From Coleofasciculus chthonoplastes F2-STO-03 (GTDB lineage: Bacteria > Cyanobacteriota > Cyanobacteriia > Cyanobacteriales > Coleofasciculaceae), in contig JAVJWO010000108.1 in assembly GCA_040222015.1 (NCBI GenBank), positions 15,240-79,239 on the forward strand: DNA of 64,000 nucleotides, given 5' to 3'. A program made the translations under genes and the position numbers. The notes below the pieces were generated by a model, which saw only the letters and a list, made by a program, of their open reading frames with translations, was not told the DNA's origin and did no database searches. Positions 1-10,143 of this stretch are shown here, in pieces. Position 1 is the first letter of the stretch. Each line of letters opens with the position of its first letter.

Positions 1-930
1 TTCAATCACCGTTGCGCCTTCCTGTTCTAACAAGTCTCGAAATGTACTCGACTGTTGAGCCGAACGAGTGACTAAGATTGTTTGACCCTGAAGCATCTGC
101 GGGAAACTACGTTTATTGATGTCATAGCCTATTGTCTCTTGTTTTGGGGTAAACTCGACAGGGATTTGGGATTGCGATCGCAGATAATCTCGTAATCCTA
201 CCACTTCTCCCACGACAATCACCACCGGAGACAGGGAGACACCCGCTGTTTGCTTAACAATACTAGATAATGTTCCCACCCAAACCTGTTGTTGAGTCTG
301 TCCACAAGCCCGAATCACCGCCACAGGGGTTTGATAGGATTTGCCATAACGCTGTAGCTGCTGAACGATTGTGGCTAAATGACGCCCACCCATTAAAATA
401 GCCAGAGTATCGATTCGCGCCAATGCTTCCCAGTCTAAGGCTTCGGGTTGATGCGCTGTCAGGACAGTAAAACAGCGACTCAAAACCGCATCAGTCAGGG
501 GAATATTTGCCAGTAACGGTGCAGCTAGGGCAGAGGAAATCCCCGGTACGACTTCAAAGGTACAATCGGCATCGGTTAACGCTTGAATTTCAGATGTAGC
601 CCGACCAAAGATAAAGGGATCACCACTTTTTAAACGGACGACTTGCTTTCCTTGTTGGCATTGTTCAACCAATAATTGATTAATCTTTGCTTGCGGAGTT
701 GAGGGGCGCCCCCCCCGCTTTCCCACATCAAACTGACGGCAATTTGCGGGGACTAATTGTAAAAGTTGGGCGTCTACTAAAGCGTCATAGACTAATACCT
801 CCGCTTGACGAAGAAGTTGTTGCCCGCGTAGGGTGAGGTATGACATACTTCCGGGTCCAGCACCGACGAGATAAACTTTACCCAAAGGGCGTCGAGAACG
901 CAGATTTTTAGCAGGATTGGGGTCAACCAT
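1..930 (-). CDS. cobA: Uroporphyrinogen-III C-methyltransferase/synthase (CobA-HemD fusion), 5' part; runs off the window edge
   Basis: Manual minus-strand translation: MVDPNPAKNLRSRRPLGKVYLVGAGPG...VYDALV...VGKRGG...VVRLKSGDPFIFGR...VVPGISSA (SUMT motifs); GGAG just before the ATG at 930; not in the ORF track because no stop is in the window. Confidence 0.9.
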   Translation of the reverse strand, partial: MVDPNPAKNLRSRRPLGKVYLVGAGPGSMSYLTLRGQQLLRQAEVLVYDALVDAQLLQLVPANCRQFDVGKRGGRPSTPQAKINQLLVEQCQQGKQVVRLKSGDPFIFGRATSEIQALTDADCTFEVVPGISSALAAPLLANIPLTDAVLSRCFTVLTAHQPEALDWEALARIDTLAILMGGRHLATIVQQLQRYGKSYQTPVAVIRACGQTQQQVWVGTLSSIVKQTAGVSLSPVVIVVGEVVGLRDYLRSQSQIPVEFTPKQETIGYDINKRSFPQMLQGQTILVTRSAQQSSTFRDLLEQEGATVIE

Positions 931-1325
931 TCTCCAATTTTAAACCGTTTTGGTGAATACATCCCTCTTAAGCCAACAGCAAGAGACAGCAAGAGGAGGC
1001 GATTGAAATCGCTGCTACACAAACAAAGTCCGCCTGCGCGGACTTTTTTATAACGGGGGTAGCTAACCCGGATTTGCATTTATAGCAATAGACACATCGA
1101 TTGGGACGTTCGGCACCATTGTAGAGACGCGCCATGGCGCGTCTGGAACATAAATGATGTGTCCTAACAGCCATGGCGGTTGCTATAAATTGGGAATGGG
1201 TAGCGAGGAGGAATGGGAAACAGAAAACGTTTACAGATGATCAGGAATAGCTTATATATATGAGCGCACATTTTTCCACTATAAAATAATAGTATCAAAA
1301 ACTAATTGAATTGTCTAGATTTTTT

Positions 1326-2396
1326 TCAAAAATGCTGAAATCCTCGACTTAGGGTTAATAATTCATCTCTATACTTTCCCGTACTATCCCGGAGACAAAC
1401 CGACCTACCGGATGTAATGGAACCAATAATGGCTGATCCGGCTGCCAATTTTTCGACAAATACCTGAGCCAATGGTTCAGATAAACATAACACCAGTTCA
1501 AAGTCTTCACCCCCATACAAAACCCAATCCAAAACTTGTTCTGGGGACGTCAGCCGAGGCAATACCGAGGGGATAGGAATCGCATCCCATTCCACCACAG
1601 CCCCCACCCCACTCGCTCGACAGATTTGAGCGATCGCATCCGCTAGTCCATCGCTGCTATCCATTGCTGTTAGCGGGATTGGGGAAGTATTGAGTGTTGA
1701 GCCAACCCTAGGCAGATCAGAAACCGGGTTTTGATCGGGGATGGGGAATTGGGAGGCGAGAATGTCCCAGAGTTGAGGTAAAATATCCAGTCTTGGCTGA
1801 GGGCGTTGGTGGGATTGAATCAGACGCGATCGCTCTTTTTCACTCAAGTCTTTGCCGAATTCCGGATTCAGCAATAATTCCAACCCAACTCGTGATCCAC
1901 CATGGACTCCAGTCACCACGATCGCATCGCCAACCTTAGCATTAGAACGACGCATGACGCGCTCTTGTAAGACTTGACCAAATGCAGTAATCGATACCGT
2001 AATCACCGGGGATTGACAAACATCACCCCCGACGATGGGCGTATGATACGGTTGTAAACACTCAGACATACCTTGATAGAGTCGTTCAACCCAACTCACC
2101 GCCACATCACCCGGAAGACTCAAACCAACCGTAATCCCTAGAGGCGATGAACCCATTGCGGCTAAATCCGATAAATTTGCCGCCACAGCACGCCAACCCA
2201 CATCTTCAGCCGACGTCGTGCGATCGCTAAAATGAATTCCATCTACTAAAACATCGGTTGTCACCACTAATAATTGCCCCGGTTCTAGATTTGGCATAAT
2301 CGCCGCATCATCACCCACAATATCTGAGGGACAAAAGCGCTGTAATCGTTTTAAAACACCCTGTTCTCCAATATCTCTAATTACATCATTGCTCAT
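1326..2396 (-). CDS. thiL: Thiamine-monophosphate kinase
   Basis: GDDAA, TTDVLVDGIHF, NLSDLAAMG, IVGGD, MDSSDGL and GGEDFELV motifs. Confidence 0.95.
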   Translation of the reverse strand: MSNDVIRDIGEQGVLKRLQRFCPSDIVGDDAAIMPNLEPGQLLVVTTDVLVDGIHFSDRTTSAEDVGWRAVAANLSDLAAMGSSPLGITVGLSLPGDVAVSWVERLYQGMSECLQPYHTPIVGGDVCQSPVITVSITAFGQVLQERVMRRSNAKVGDAIVVTGVHGGSRVGLELLLNPEFGKDLSEKERSRLIQSHQRPQPRLDILPQLWDILASQFPIPDQNPVSDLPRVGSTLNTSPIPLTAMDSSDGLADAIAQICRASGVGAVVEWDAIPIPSVLPRLTSPEQVLDWVLYGGEDFELVLCLSEPLAQVFVEKLAAGSAIIGSITSGRSVCLRDSTGKYRDELLTLSRGFQHF

Positions 2397-2416
2397 TTGT
2401 CAATTTATGGGTTTCA

Positions 2417-2710
2417 TTATTCGTTACGCCGATGCAGTTTCGGAAAGCGATAGTAGGTATCTCCATCCGCATCAACTTCTGGGATAGCATTAAACACCTG
2501 AACTTGGTGTTCCAAATACTGCTGTGCGATTTCAGGTTCAACCCTAGCGGATGCAGCTAACTGAATCAGAGAAATACAGCTATTTTCCGTTTCTAATAAC
2601 TGATAAAACGTTTCCTCTAACTGCTTTTGTTGACTTCGGGTGGCTTTTTGCAAGAACAAGATGCCTAAAACACCTAAAGTGATGACCAATAGCAAGTCAA
2701 TAATTTGCAT
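2417..2710 (-). CDS. Hypothetical protein with N-terminal membrane anchor
   Basis: 97-aa ORF with hydrophobic N-terminus, co-oriented with its neighbours. Confidence 0.7.
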   Translation of the reverse strand: MQIIDLLLVITLGVLGILFLQKATRSQQKQLEETFYQLLETENSCISLIQLAASARVEPEIAQQYLEHQVQVFNAIPEVDADGDTYYRFPKLHRRNE

Positions 2711-2876
2711 ATTCAGGGAACAGGGAATAGGGAACAGGAAACAAACCGATGATCCTTACCTTAACCTGAATGGCACGCTCAGATGAGGCTGGTGGGTTTC
2801 GACTTCGCTCAACCCACCCTACGGTATATCAATGATTTTGGCGATGACAAACTGCTTATTGAGCGTGCCATTGTTA

Positions 2877-4031
2877 TTAAGCAGCCACGTCGGGTTCAAC
2901 CAAATTCTCAGCGCCCTGAACAACTGTAGCTGACTCAATGATATCGCCGAGTTCTAGCTTATCCAATACGTCTTTCCCCTCAACAACATAACCAAAGACA
3001 GCATAACGCCCATCCATAAGATTAAAACCAGGAGGGGTTAACTCACTATCAAACTTGAAGAAAAAGAACTGAGACGAACCCCCATTGGGATCATCTGCGG
3101 GACGCGCCATGGCGAGAGTACCGTAAGCGGAGAAAGGAAGCATGGGTTCATCTAAGTAAATCCCCGCCTGTTCTAAGGTCATACCATAGATGGGTTCCTC
3201 ATCTCCCCTGACTAACACTTCAAAGGGAATAGCCCGATATTCACCTGTTTTGGGATCGATAAATCCTTCCTCCGGTCCAGGTGGATCACCGGTTTGCACG
3301 TAGAAGTCTTCAGTACGGGTAATTGCCAGATCATCATAAAAACCCCGTTGCACCAAATCAACAAAGTTACCCGCCGTAACCGGGGCGCTATAGCCATCGA
3401 CAACTAGGGTCATATCCCCTTTATTCGTAGCTATCTCTATCGTGGCGCGACCTTTGAGTTGAGGTAAGTTACTATACTCTGAGGGGACTTCAAAAGGAAC
3501 TCCCTTGACCATCATTTGTTCCAGTTCGCCCACTTTGTCAAGGATTTTGCCTCGCTCAATCCAGACGGCTTCTTTATCCTTGGCTTCAACTGCTTCTCGG
3601 AGTGAAACGATATCATCTCTCATGCTGGTAATGATCGCTTCAGCTTGCGGTTTTTGCTCCTCTGGGATGTCAGCCAGAACTTTTTCCGGGCGATTGCTCA
3701 AAATTACATCCGCTTTGGTGATATCCCGGTTAATCGGACTCCAGCGCTTTCCCCGTAACTGAGTGGCAATATCTTCAAGACTTGCTTGCACATTCCGCAC
3801 CGCTTGGTTCTCAATAGGCAGAGCATACCGCAGTAGGGCTTTGCCATCAGTAATCGCATTCCCTTGCGCCAAGCGACTTTCTCGGGCAGGTTGTTGTTGA
3901 TCATTACCAAAATTCCACCAGGCACCGCTTAAACTTACGGAGAGTGTCACCAGTAGCAGCGCCACAAAACTGGTTTTGAGCAGACGTTGGCACCAATCGA
4001 GCTTGAGAATTTTTAAAGGTCGCATAAACAT
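2877..4031 (-). CDS. Cyclophilin-type peptidyl-prolyl cis-trans isomerase (thylakoid TLP40/CYP38-like)
   Basis: Signal peptide, ALLRYALPI helical region, DGYSAPVTAGNFVDLV, GTLAMAR, SSQFFF, GRYAVFGYV. Confidence 0.92.
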   Translation of the reverse strand: MFMRPLKILKLDWCQRLLKTSFVALLLVTLSVSLSGAWWNFGNDQQQPARESRLAQGNAITDGKALLRYALPIENQAVRNVQASLEDIATQLRGKRWSPINRDITKADVILSNRPEKVLADIPEEQKPQAEAIITSMRDDIVSLREAVEAKDKEAVWIERGKILDKVGELEQMMVKGVPFEVPSEYSNLPQLKGRATIEIATNKGDMTLVVDGYSAPVTAGNFVDLVQRGFYDDLAITRTEDFYVQTGDPPGPEEGFIDPKTGEYRAIPFEVLVRGDEEPIYGMTLEQAGIYLDEPMLPFSAYGTLAMARPADDPNGGSSQFFFFKFDSELTPPGFNLMDGRYAVFGYVVEGKDVLDKLELGDIIESATVVQGAENLVEPDVAA

Positions 4032-4228
4032 ATCGCCTAAGGCTGAATATCTGACTATATTCTTATTGAAACTTTACAATACCATTAGGTTGAGGCTAAC
4101 TTACAGCATTGAAACAGATATTCTTCATATTGCCAAGTCTGATGTGGGCGTTACGTTTAATGCTGACCTCAATGCCAGCTACAATATCTTGCGTACACTA
4201 TTCCCCAACCCTTGAGGAACAAGGACTA

Positions 4229-4786
4229 ATGATTTCAAGTAACGACTTTCGCACGGGTGTCACGATTGAATTAGAAGGATCGGTGTGGCGGGTGGTGGAG
4301 TTTCTCCACGTCAAGCCTGGAAAAGGTTCGGCATTTGTCCGCACCAAGCTGAAAAATGTTCAGACGGGGAATGTCATGGACAAAACCTTTCGGGCTGGGG
4401 AAACAGTACCCCAAGCCATCCTAGAAAAACGCACCATGCAACATACCTATAAAGAGGCTGACCAATTTGTCTTCATGGATATGGAAACCTTTGAGGAAAG
4501 TCGTCTCAATCAAGAGCAAATTGGCGATCGCGTCAAGTATATCTCTGAAGGGATGGAAGTCAATGTGGTGACGTGGAATGACCAAGTCCTGGAAGTGGAG
4601 TTACCCAACTCCGTGGTGCTGGAAATTGTGGAGACTGATCCGGGTGTCAAAGGTGATACCGCCACAGGTGGCACTAAACCCGCTACGGTGTCTACGGGAG
4701 CGCAAGTGATGGTACCACTGTTTATTTCCGTCGGCGAGCGGATTAAAATCGATACTCGTAACGATTCCTATCTGGGTCGTGAGTAA
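4229..4786 (+). CDS. efp: Elongation factor P
   Basis: [10 protein letters not shown]...[17 protein letters not shown]...[11 protein letters not shown]; start moved to the ATG at 4229 downstream of GAGGA. Confidence 0.97.
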   Translation: MISSNDFRTGVTIELEGSVWRVVEFLHVKPGKGSAFVRTKLKNVQTGNVMDKTFRAGETVPQAILEKRTMQHTYKEADQFVFMDMETFEESRLNQEQIGDRVKYISEGMEVNVVTWNDQVLEVELPNSVVLEIVETDPGVKGDTATGGTKPATVSTGAQVMVPLFISVGERIKIDTRNDSYLGRE

Positions 4787-4933
4787 ATGGATCTGAACCA
4801 ATCAATCAACAGCTAAGGTCAATATCCAAACACCGCTTTTGCCCAGCTCAAATCGTGATCAATCCTACCTGAGGTATCATGTAGAACTCGCTCCCTTGAA
4901 TTTTTCCGGAATTCCTATCTCTCTAATTTAGTT

Positions 4934-5476
4934 GTGCCACTAGACTTCAACCAAATCCGTGAACTGCTAACCGCGATCGCTCAAACTGATATTGCGGAAG
5001 TGATATTGAAAAGTGATGACTTTGAACTGACGGTACGTAAAGGATTATCCGCCAGTCCTCCTATCGACTCGACAGTGAGTCGAACAGATACCGCTGTGGC
5101 GTCCAGCTTGGGAACAGCGGTGGCTGGAATGGCTCCCCCGCCGCCTCCCACTTCCACACCCACACCTGAACCAGCACCATCGGCTCAAACGGGAACAGCT
5201 TCAGCTACACCGTCTCCAGGAGTGGAGTCAAAATGGGAAGAGGTGAAATCGCCGATGGTCGGTACATTTTATCGGGCACCATCGCCAGATGACGCCCCTT
5301 ATGTGGAAGTTGGCGATCAGATTCGCGTCGGTCAAACTATCTGTATCATTGAAGCGATGAAGTTGATGAATGAACTAGAAGCCGAAATATCGGGACAAGT
5401 GATGGAAGTTTTGGTTGAAAATGGCGAACCGATTGAATATGGTCAACCGTTGATGCGGATCAATCCAGGTAAATAA
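4934..5476 (+). CDS. accB: Acetyl-CoA carboxylase biotin carboxyl carrier protein
   Basis: SPMVGTFYRAP and EAMKLMNE biotinylation motif; efp-accB synteny typical of cyanobacteria. Confidence 0.97.
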   Translation: MPLDFNQIRELLTAIAQTDIAEVILKSDDFELTVRKGLSASPPIDSTVSRTDTAVASSLGTAVAGMAPPPPPTSTPTPEPAPSAQTGTASATPSPGVESKWEEVKSPMVGTFYRAPSPDDAPYVEVGDQIRVGQTICIIEAMKLMNELEAEISGQVMEVLVENGEPIEYGQPLMRINPGK

Positions 5477-5569
5477 GCGGTGTAAAGGATTGATGATTAT
5501 TACTCTATTGTTATCAATTGACCAAAAATAGGCTAAAATCTGATGATCACCTAATTTCGGGTTAGACCG

Positions 5570-5923
5570 ATGCCAAGACTAAAAACTGTCCCCCAAGAGG
5601 TCGTCCAACAAGTTTCTGAGTATTTTAGTATCTTAAGCGAACCCATGCGCCTACGCCTGCTCAATTTACTCCGTGAAGGTGAAAAATGTGTCCAAGAATT
5701 GGTAGAAGCCACAGAAACAAGTCAGGCAAATGTCTCTAAGCACCTGAAAGTGATGTTACAGGCGGGAATACTCAGCCGCCGCACTGAAGGCACATCTGCC
5801 TACTATAAGGTAGAAGATGAGCTGATTTTTGACCTATGTAATTTAGTGTGCGATCGCCTAGCTACCCGCATCGAACAACAAGCCCGCCATTTTCGGAACT
5901 TTACTTTGACGAACAAAGGATAG
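5570..5923 (+). CDS. ArsR/SmtB family transcriptional regulator
   Basis: FSILSEPMRLRLL...CVQELVEATETSQANVSKHLKVM winged-HTH pattern. Confidence 0.9.
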   Translation: MPRLKTVPQEVVQQVSEYFSILSEPMRLRLLNLLREGEKCVQELVEATETSQANVSKHLKVMLQAGILSRRTEGTSAYYKVEDELIFDLCNLVCDRLATRIEQQARHFRNFTLTNKG

Positions 5924-6096
5924 AAGGGGAATTTTTTTGTCCAAAAACTGAACCGAACAGGCGATCTAAGTACCTGGACATAAATTCTGTTCACTGTACT
6001 CAGAACTATTAACAAGCGTCAAAACCTTACTGTTCCCCGTTCCCCGTTCCCTGTTTCCTTGTCCTCATGCTCAACTTTAATCATGGTTGTTTGACC

Positions 6097-6705
6097 TTAA
6101 AGTTGAAAGTTTGTTTCAAAGTTTTGGCGAGTCATCGGTTGATCGACGATCAACCCTTCACCTCCTAAGACTTCGAGGGGTTTTCCTTCCACATCAATCC
6201 AGACTTGAGCATCCGGATCTAAGCTGGTGGCTGTATAGATAATTTGTCCGAGGCGGCTTTGCATCGAAGTACTGCCACCCCCTGTGGTAAAGTCTTCAGA
6301 TAGATCCAGATGCACTCCGTCAGATTTGATAGAAAGATTCTGTAACTCAGTTCCTTCGGGAATTGCCGATGCTACCGCTTGCTGTTCAGGTCCAGACAAT
6401 AATTGCTGGAATGCCATCTCTAAAACTTCAGAGGGATTATCAGCATTTTCGACGGGAATGGAACTGGCAACCAGTTCCATTTGATTATTGACAGCATCAA
6501 CCCAATATACTTGAACCTCTTGTTCAGTCGCTGGCGGCGTGTCTTGGGGCGATTGGGAGAGGGTCGGAACTTCGGATTGGGGAGGTGAGGCGGTCATCGT
6601 ATTCCACGCCCACCAAGCGCCTCCAGCAGCGGCGGCTAACATGGCGACGGAAACACCAGCGATAAAACTTGTGGGAATGCGACGTGTGTTTTGTGGATTT
6701 TGCAT
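6097..6705 (-). CDS. GerMN domain-containing protein
   Basis: N-terminal TM; LLSGP...SAIPEGT...VHLDLSEDFTTGGGS...QIIYTAT. Confidence 0.85.
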   Translation of the reverse strand: MQNPQNTRRIPTSFIAGVSVAMLAAAAGGAWWAWNTMTASPPQSEVPTLSQSPQDTPPATEQEVQVYWVDAVNNQMELVASSIPVENADNPSEVLEMAFQQLLSGPEQQAVASAIPEGTELQNLSIKSDGVHLDLSEDFTTGGGSTSMQSRLGQIIYTATSLDPDAQVWIDVEGKPLEVLGGEGLIVDQPMTRQNFETNFQL

Positions 6706-6910
6706 AGTTATTACCTGTCCAATCGTTCAATGTTTTGTAGGATTAAGAAAAAATGTGATATTGTTTCACTGACAATGTTCCCTCTGTTTCCTTAACAAGG
6801 GCGGGTTTAGTTCAGTTAGGGCTTATCTCCAAAACGTTAGCGGTAAAACCCGCCCCTACAGAACGTATAAACTACCCAGACCTTAGGTGGGAAACGTATG
6901 AGGTGCAGGT

Positions 6911-7699
6911 TTAGTCCGCTTGCGGTACATCAGCTCGAACAAATGCGGCTACCTGTAGATCCTGATTATCTATCTCTAATTGTAAGAGTCTGACCGTAAT
7001 CCCAGCATCTTCCAAGCTACGGAGATTGGCGCGATCGCTTAATCCCCTAGCTAAGCCTTCAACCAAGGGAGACGGTAACGTTTGACCATCAACGGTTACT
7101 TTTGGTTCAATCAGTTGCAAGCGATGTCCGGCTTCAATCCCCAATCCAGATTCCACAACGATGGCTAAGGATTGACGATTCCCTTCCACTGCATCCACTT
7201 GGAAACGCAGGCGATTATTTCCCAGTAACTCTAATCGAGGATTGAGAAACTGGTAACGCTGTGCGGTATCTCTGGAGAGACGACTACCGAGTTGTTGTAA
7301 TTTGGCGGCAACTCTAGGAGACTGAAGCATCTGGTTGAGATCCGATTCGGTTAAAACCAGACGCACCCCTGCTTGTAACGGTTGACGTAACGAGGCTAAG
7401 GGCGACGTTTGACCCTCCTGTCTCAGACGTTTGATATCCAGATTAATCGGATCAGTTTCGACTTCTAGAACCTCAATCCGAATGTCTGGCGTCAACCATA
7501 CCCCTCGACCGGCGATGCGGACTTGTTCGAGTTTTCCTTGCAAAGCTCGGTAGTTCGGCGTATTGTCAATCCGCACATCAAGCTGTTCAACTCTCTCCAA
7601 TTGAGAACTTAGGATATTTTCCACCACGCGATCGATGATTAAGCCCGGAGGGGAAACCAGGGTGAGTAACGCCGATAGGAGGATGCTCAAAATTTCCAT
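6911..7699 (-). CDS. DUF2993/LmeA-like phospholipid-binding protein
   Basis: N-terminal hydrophobic segment; LQGKLEQVRIAGRG, LVLTESDLNQMLQS pattern. Confidence 0.75.
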   Translation of the reverse strand: MEILSILLSALLTLVSPPGLIIDRVVENILSSQLERVEQLDVRIDNTPNYRALQGKLEQVRIAGRGVWLTPDIRIEVLEVETDPINLDIKRLRQEGQTSPLASLRQPLQAGVRLVLTESDLNQMLQSPRVAAKLQQLGSRLSRDTAQRYQFLNPRLELLGNNRLRFQVDAVEGNRQSLAIVVESGLGIEAGHRLQLIEPKVTVDGQTLPSPLVEGLARGLSDRANLRSLEDAGITVRLLQLEIDNQDLQVAAFVRADVPQAD

Positions 7700-7714
7700 A
7701 TTTCGGTGGATTTG

Positions 7715-7732
7715 TTTACATTACTTAACATT
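7715..7732 (+). promoter_or_regulatory. HLR1-like (RpaB-binding) direct repeat
   Basis: TTTACATT-ac-TTAACATT resembles the (G/T)TTACA(T/A)(T/A)-N2 tandem consensus; lies in a divergent intergenic region. Confidence 0.4.
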
Positions 7733-7853
7733 TAATCCCTAAATCTTTAAACTTTATTGCAGTTTTATTACAGAGTGAGAGCCGATTGCCATAGGCATGA
7801 TACCTTCAATGAGGTGTTGACGAAAAGCACAAGCCTAAGGAAAGGAGGACATT

Positions 7854-8054
7854 TTGGATTTGCGTTCTGCTCAAACCCCCAACGACTTTGTTCATGAAGA
7901 TATTAGTGAGTACGTGGCTCAGCTCCAGCTACACATGGCGTTACAAGCCCGGAATTTAGTCCCGACTCTCACCAAGGCAGTAGATAGCCGAGAGCAGTTG
8001 TTACAGCAAACCCAAGCCACCTTGGAAAAGCTAGCGTCTCGACAGGCGGTTTAG
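7854..8054 (+). CDS. Small hypothetical protein
   Basis: Strong RBS (AAAGGAGG) before the TTG start; amphipathic helical 66-aa product. Confidence 0.7.
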   Translation: MDLRSAQTPNDFVHEDISEYVAQLQLHMALQARNLVPTLTKAVDSREQLLQQTQATLEKLASRQAV

Positions 8055-8153
8055 TTGAGTGTTGAGTGTTGAGTGGTGAGTGTTGACCCTTCACTTCGCT
8101 CGGTTGTTTGACAAATGACCAATGACAAATGACAAATGACGAATGACCAATAA

Positions 8154-9155
8154 TTAACGACTCGCCAAAACTAAAGCATCGGCATAGTTTAAAGCCTCTT
8201 GCCACACAGCATAGCCGCGTTTGGCGAGATGAATCCCATCAGTGGTTAACTCCCGTTGCATTTGACCCTGATTATTCACAAACAAACGGTGCAGGTTAAG
8301 ATAGCCTGCACCTTCTTGTTGTGCGATCGCGGCGATGTGTTGATTTAGGTTGCGGATGCGATCGCTCTTAATCGCAGGCAACCGTGTGGGTAAAATAGAC
8401 TGAACAATAATTTGGGCTTGTGGGTGGTTCTGGCGTAAGCGCTGGATGATTTGGCGGGTATTATCGAGAATCACGCGATCGCGAACGCCCTGACGCAAGT
8501 CGTTGGTGCCAGCCATGACATAGATTGTATCGGGTCGGGTTTGGGAAAAAGCCGAGAGTCGCTCCAGAATTTGGCTAGAGTTTTCCCCAGAAATCCCCTG
8601 ATTCAGCCAAAATTGACCGCTAGGTAGGTTGGCTGTAGGAAACCAAAGACTCAAGGAATCGCCCACTAATATAGACAGGCGATTATTCCCCTGTCCCCTC
8701 GCCATCGCTTTCGCTTCTTCTGCGAGTAGCTGTTTCCATTGAGTATGAGTGGGTTTAGCCAGTGTCGCTTTACTCCAAACCGACTGGAAACTATCAGCCG
8801 GGAGGCGGGTATAGGTTTGACCTCTATTTAATGCGGCTAATCGTTGGTAATAGAGTTGGGTTCCCGATTTAGGGGAAATGTTACTTTTAGAGTTTGTAGT
8901 CAGTGCTTGATTCGTGGTGGCACTAAAGTGCCCACTACTAACCGATGAACTAAACTCAACACCAGGGGTTTCAATTCTAGGGATAATCGGTTGAGTGACG
9001 ACGGAGTGCGATTGATCAGTTTTAGCAGAAGCCAACAAAGCCGACAAATTCTCGAACAGGTTGGGAACCAGTGGCGGTGGCGGGGGTGCAGATACGGGAC
9101 CTACGGTAAGCAGACTGGCTGCTAGTAAATACGGATCGCTCATGGTACATTCCAT
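8154..9155 (-). CDS. SGNH/GDSL hydrolase family protein
   Basis: GDSLS, NQGISG, GTND and DGIH blocks. Confidence 0.9.
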   Translation of the reverse strand: MECTMSDPYLLAASLLTVGPVSAPPPPPLVPNLFENLSALLASAKTDQSHSVVTQPIIPRIETPGVEFSSSVSSGHFSATTNQALTTNSKSNISPKSGTQLYYQRLAALNRGQTYTRLPADSFQSVWSKATLAKPTHTQWKQLLAEEAKAMARGQGNNRLSILVGDSLSLWFPTANLPSGQFWLNQGISGENSSQILERLSAFSQTRPDTIYVMAGTNDLRQGVRDRVILDNTRQIIQRLRQNHPQAQIIVQSILPTRLPAIKSDRIRNLNQHIAAIAQQEGAGYLNLHRLFVNNQGQMQRELTTDGIHLAKRGYAVWQEALNYADALVLASR

Positions 9156-9243
9156 TACTCTCTCTTTTTCCTTTGACAGGAATTTGCCAGAGTATCAGGA
9201 ATATATGGTAGAGGGCAGAAGGCAGGAGGGAAGGTGACTGATA

Positions 9244-9567
9244 TCACTTCTGCACATTTTGCTCCCGCAAAAAAGCAATAATGACGGCTTTTCTCAGGGT
9301 TGCCTCGATGGAATTGATAAAGCCTATCGCAACGAATAGATTATTCATTGACAATTTTATGGTTTGTAAAGCATTGTTGACTTCTATTTGATTGTCCTCG
9401 ATCCATTTTTCTAGAAATTTATGCTCGGTTAACGCTTCGTCAATATCATTCTGAGGAAAAATTTGCTGCAATTTGGATGATTTTCTCATAGAGTTAATTT
9501 TCTTGCCCAAACCCTCTCCAGATGAGTTCACTTGAGGACGGGTGAATAAGGCAGAAAGTCTTGGCAT
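9244..9567 (-). CDS. Hypothetical protein
   Basis: 107-aa ORF only; no recognised motif. Confidence 0.4.
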   Translation of the reverse strand: MPRLSALFTRPQVNSSGEGLGKKINSMRKSSKLQQIFPQNDIDEALTEHKFLEKWIEDNQIEVNNALQTIKLSMNNLFVAIGFINSIEATLRKAVIIAFLREQNVQK

Positions 9568-9857
9568 GATTGATGTTGGACGAACGGTTTCACTTAATAT
9601 ATTGACACAGTTGGAAGGTATTGTGTTTAAAAATACATACGAGAATAAGCGTAAAAAATACTACGTCAATTATCGTAAATCTTGTCAAGTATTATTTTTT
9701 TCCAAAAGATATAAATTCCACAAAAAAAATGATATAAAAATAAATAAAATTTGTCCCCCTAAGCTTTTCGATAAATTCATACTTTAGAGTGAAAACCAAA
9801 AAGCAGCACTTCGCTATAATGATAGATTGAATAAAAACCTGGAGGGAAATCTACACG

Positions 9858-10055
9858 ATGGCAACGATGAAATTCAACGTTCCGAGTATTGCTTGTGATG
9901 CTTGCGCTAAAACCATTAGTGAAGGGATTCGTACCCACGAACCTGAAGCGAAAGTCGATGTTGATGTGGCAAATAAGATGGTTAGTGTGGAAACTGAGGC
10001 GTCTCAGGAGTCAATTAAACAAGTCATTACCTCTGTTGGGCATCAGGTGGAATAA
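9858..10055 (+). CDS. Heavy-metal-associated (HMA) copper chaperone, Atx1/CopZ-like
   Basis: IACDAC (CxxC) motif, 65 aa, GGAGG RBS. Confidence 0.9.
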   Translation: MATMKFNVPSIACDACAKTISEGIRTHEPEAKVDVDVANKMVSVETEASQESIKQVITSVGHQVE

Positions 10056-10095
10056 TACCGATTCTGGCATTATAGAACTCTCTTTTTTATAAATT

Positions 10096-10123
10096 GTAGA
10101 GACGCGCCATGGCGCGTCTCTAC
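10096..10123. repeat. Palindromic REP-like element family A (GTAGAGACGCGCCATGGCGCGTCTCTAC)
   Basis: Perfect 28-bp palindrome; related copies at about 1121, 12142, 23719, 26554, 36117, 55848 and 58931. Confidence 0.85.
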
Positions 10124-10143
10124 AGGTTGGGAATCTAGTCGAA

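Noticed and set aside
7854..8054. Naming the 66-aa protein NblD
   Set aside because: Similar length, but it lacks the cysteines I recall for NblD; no confident recognition.
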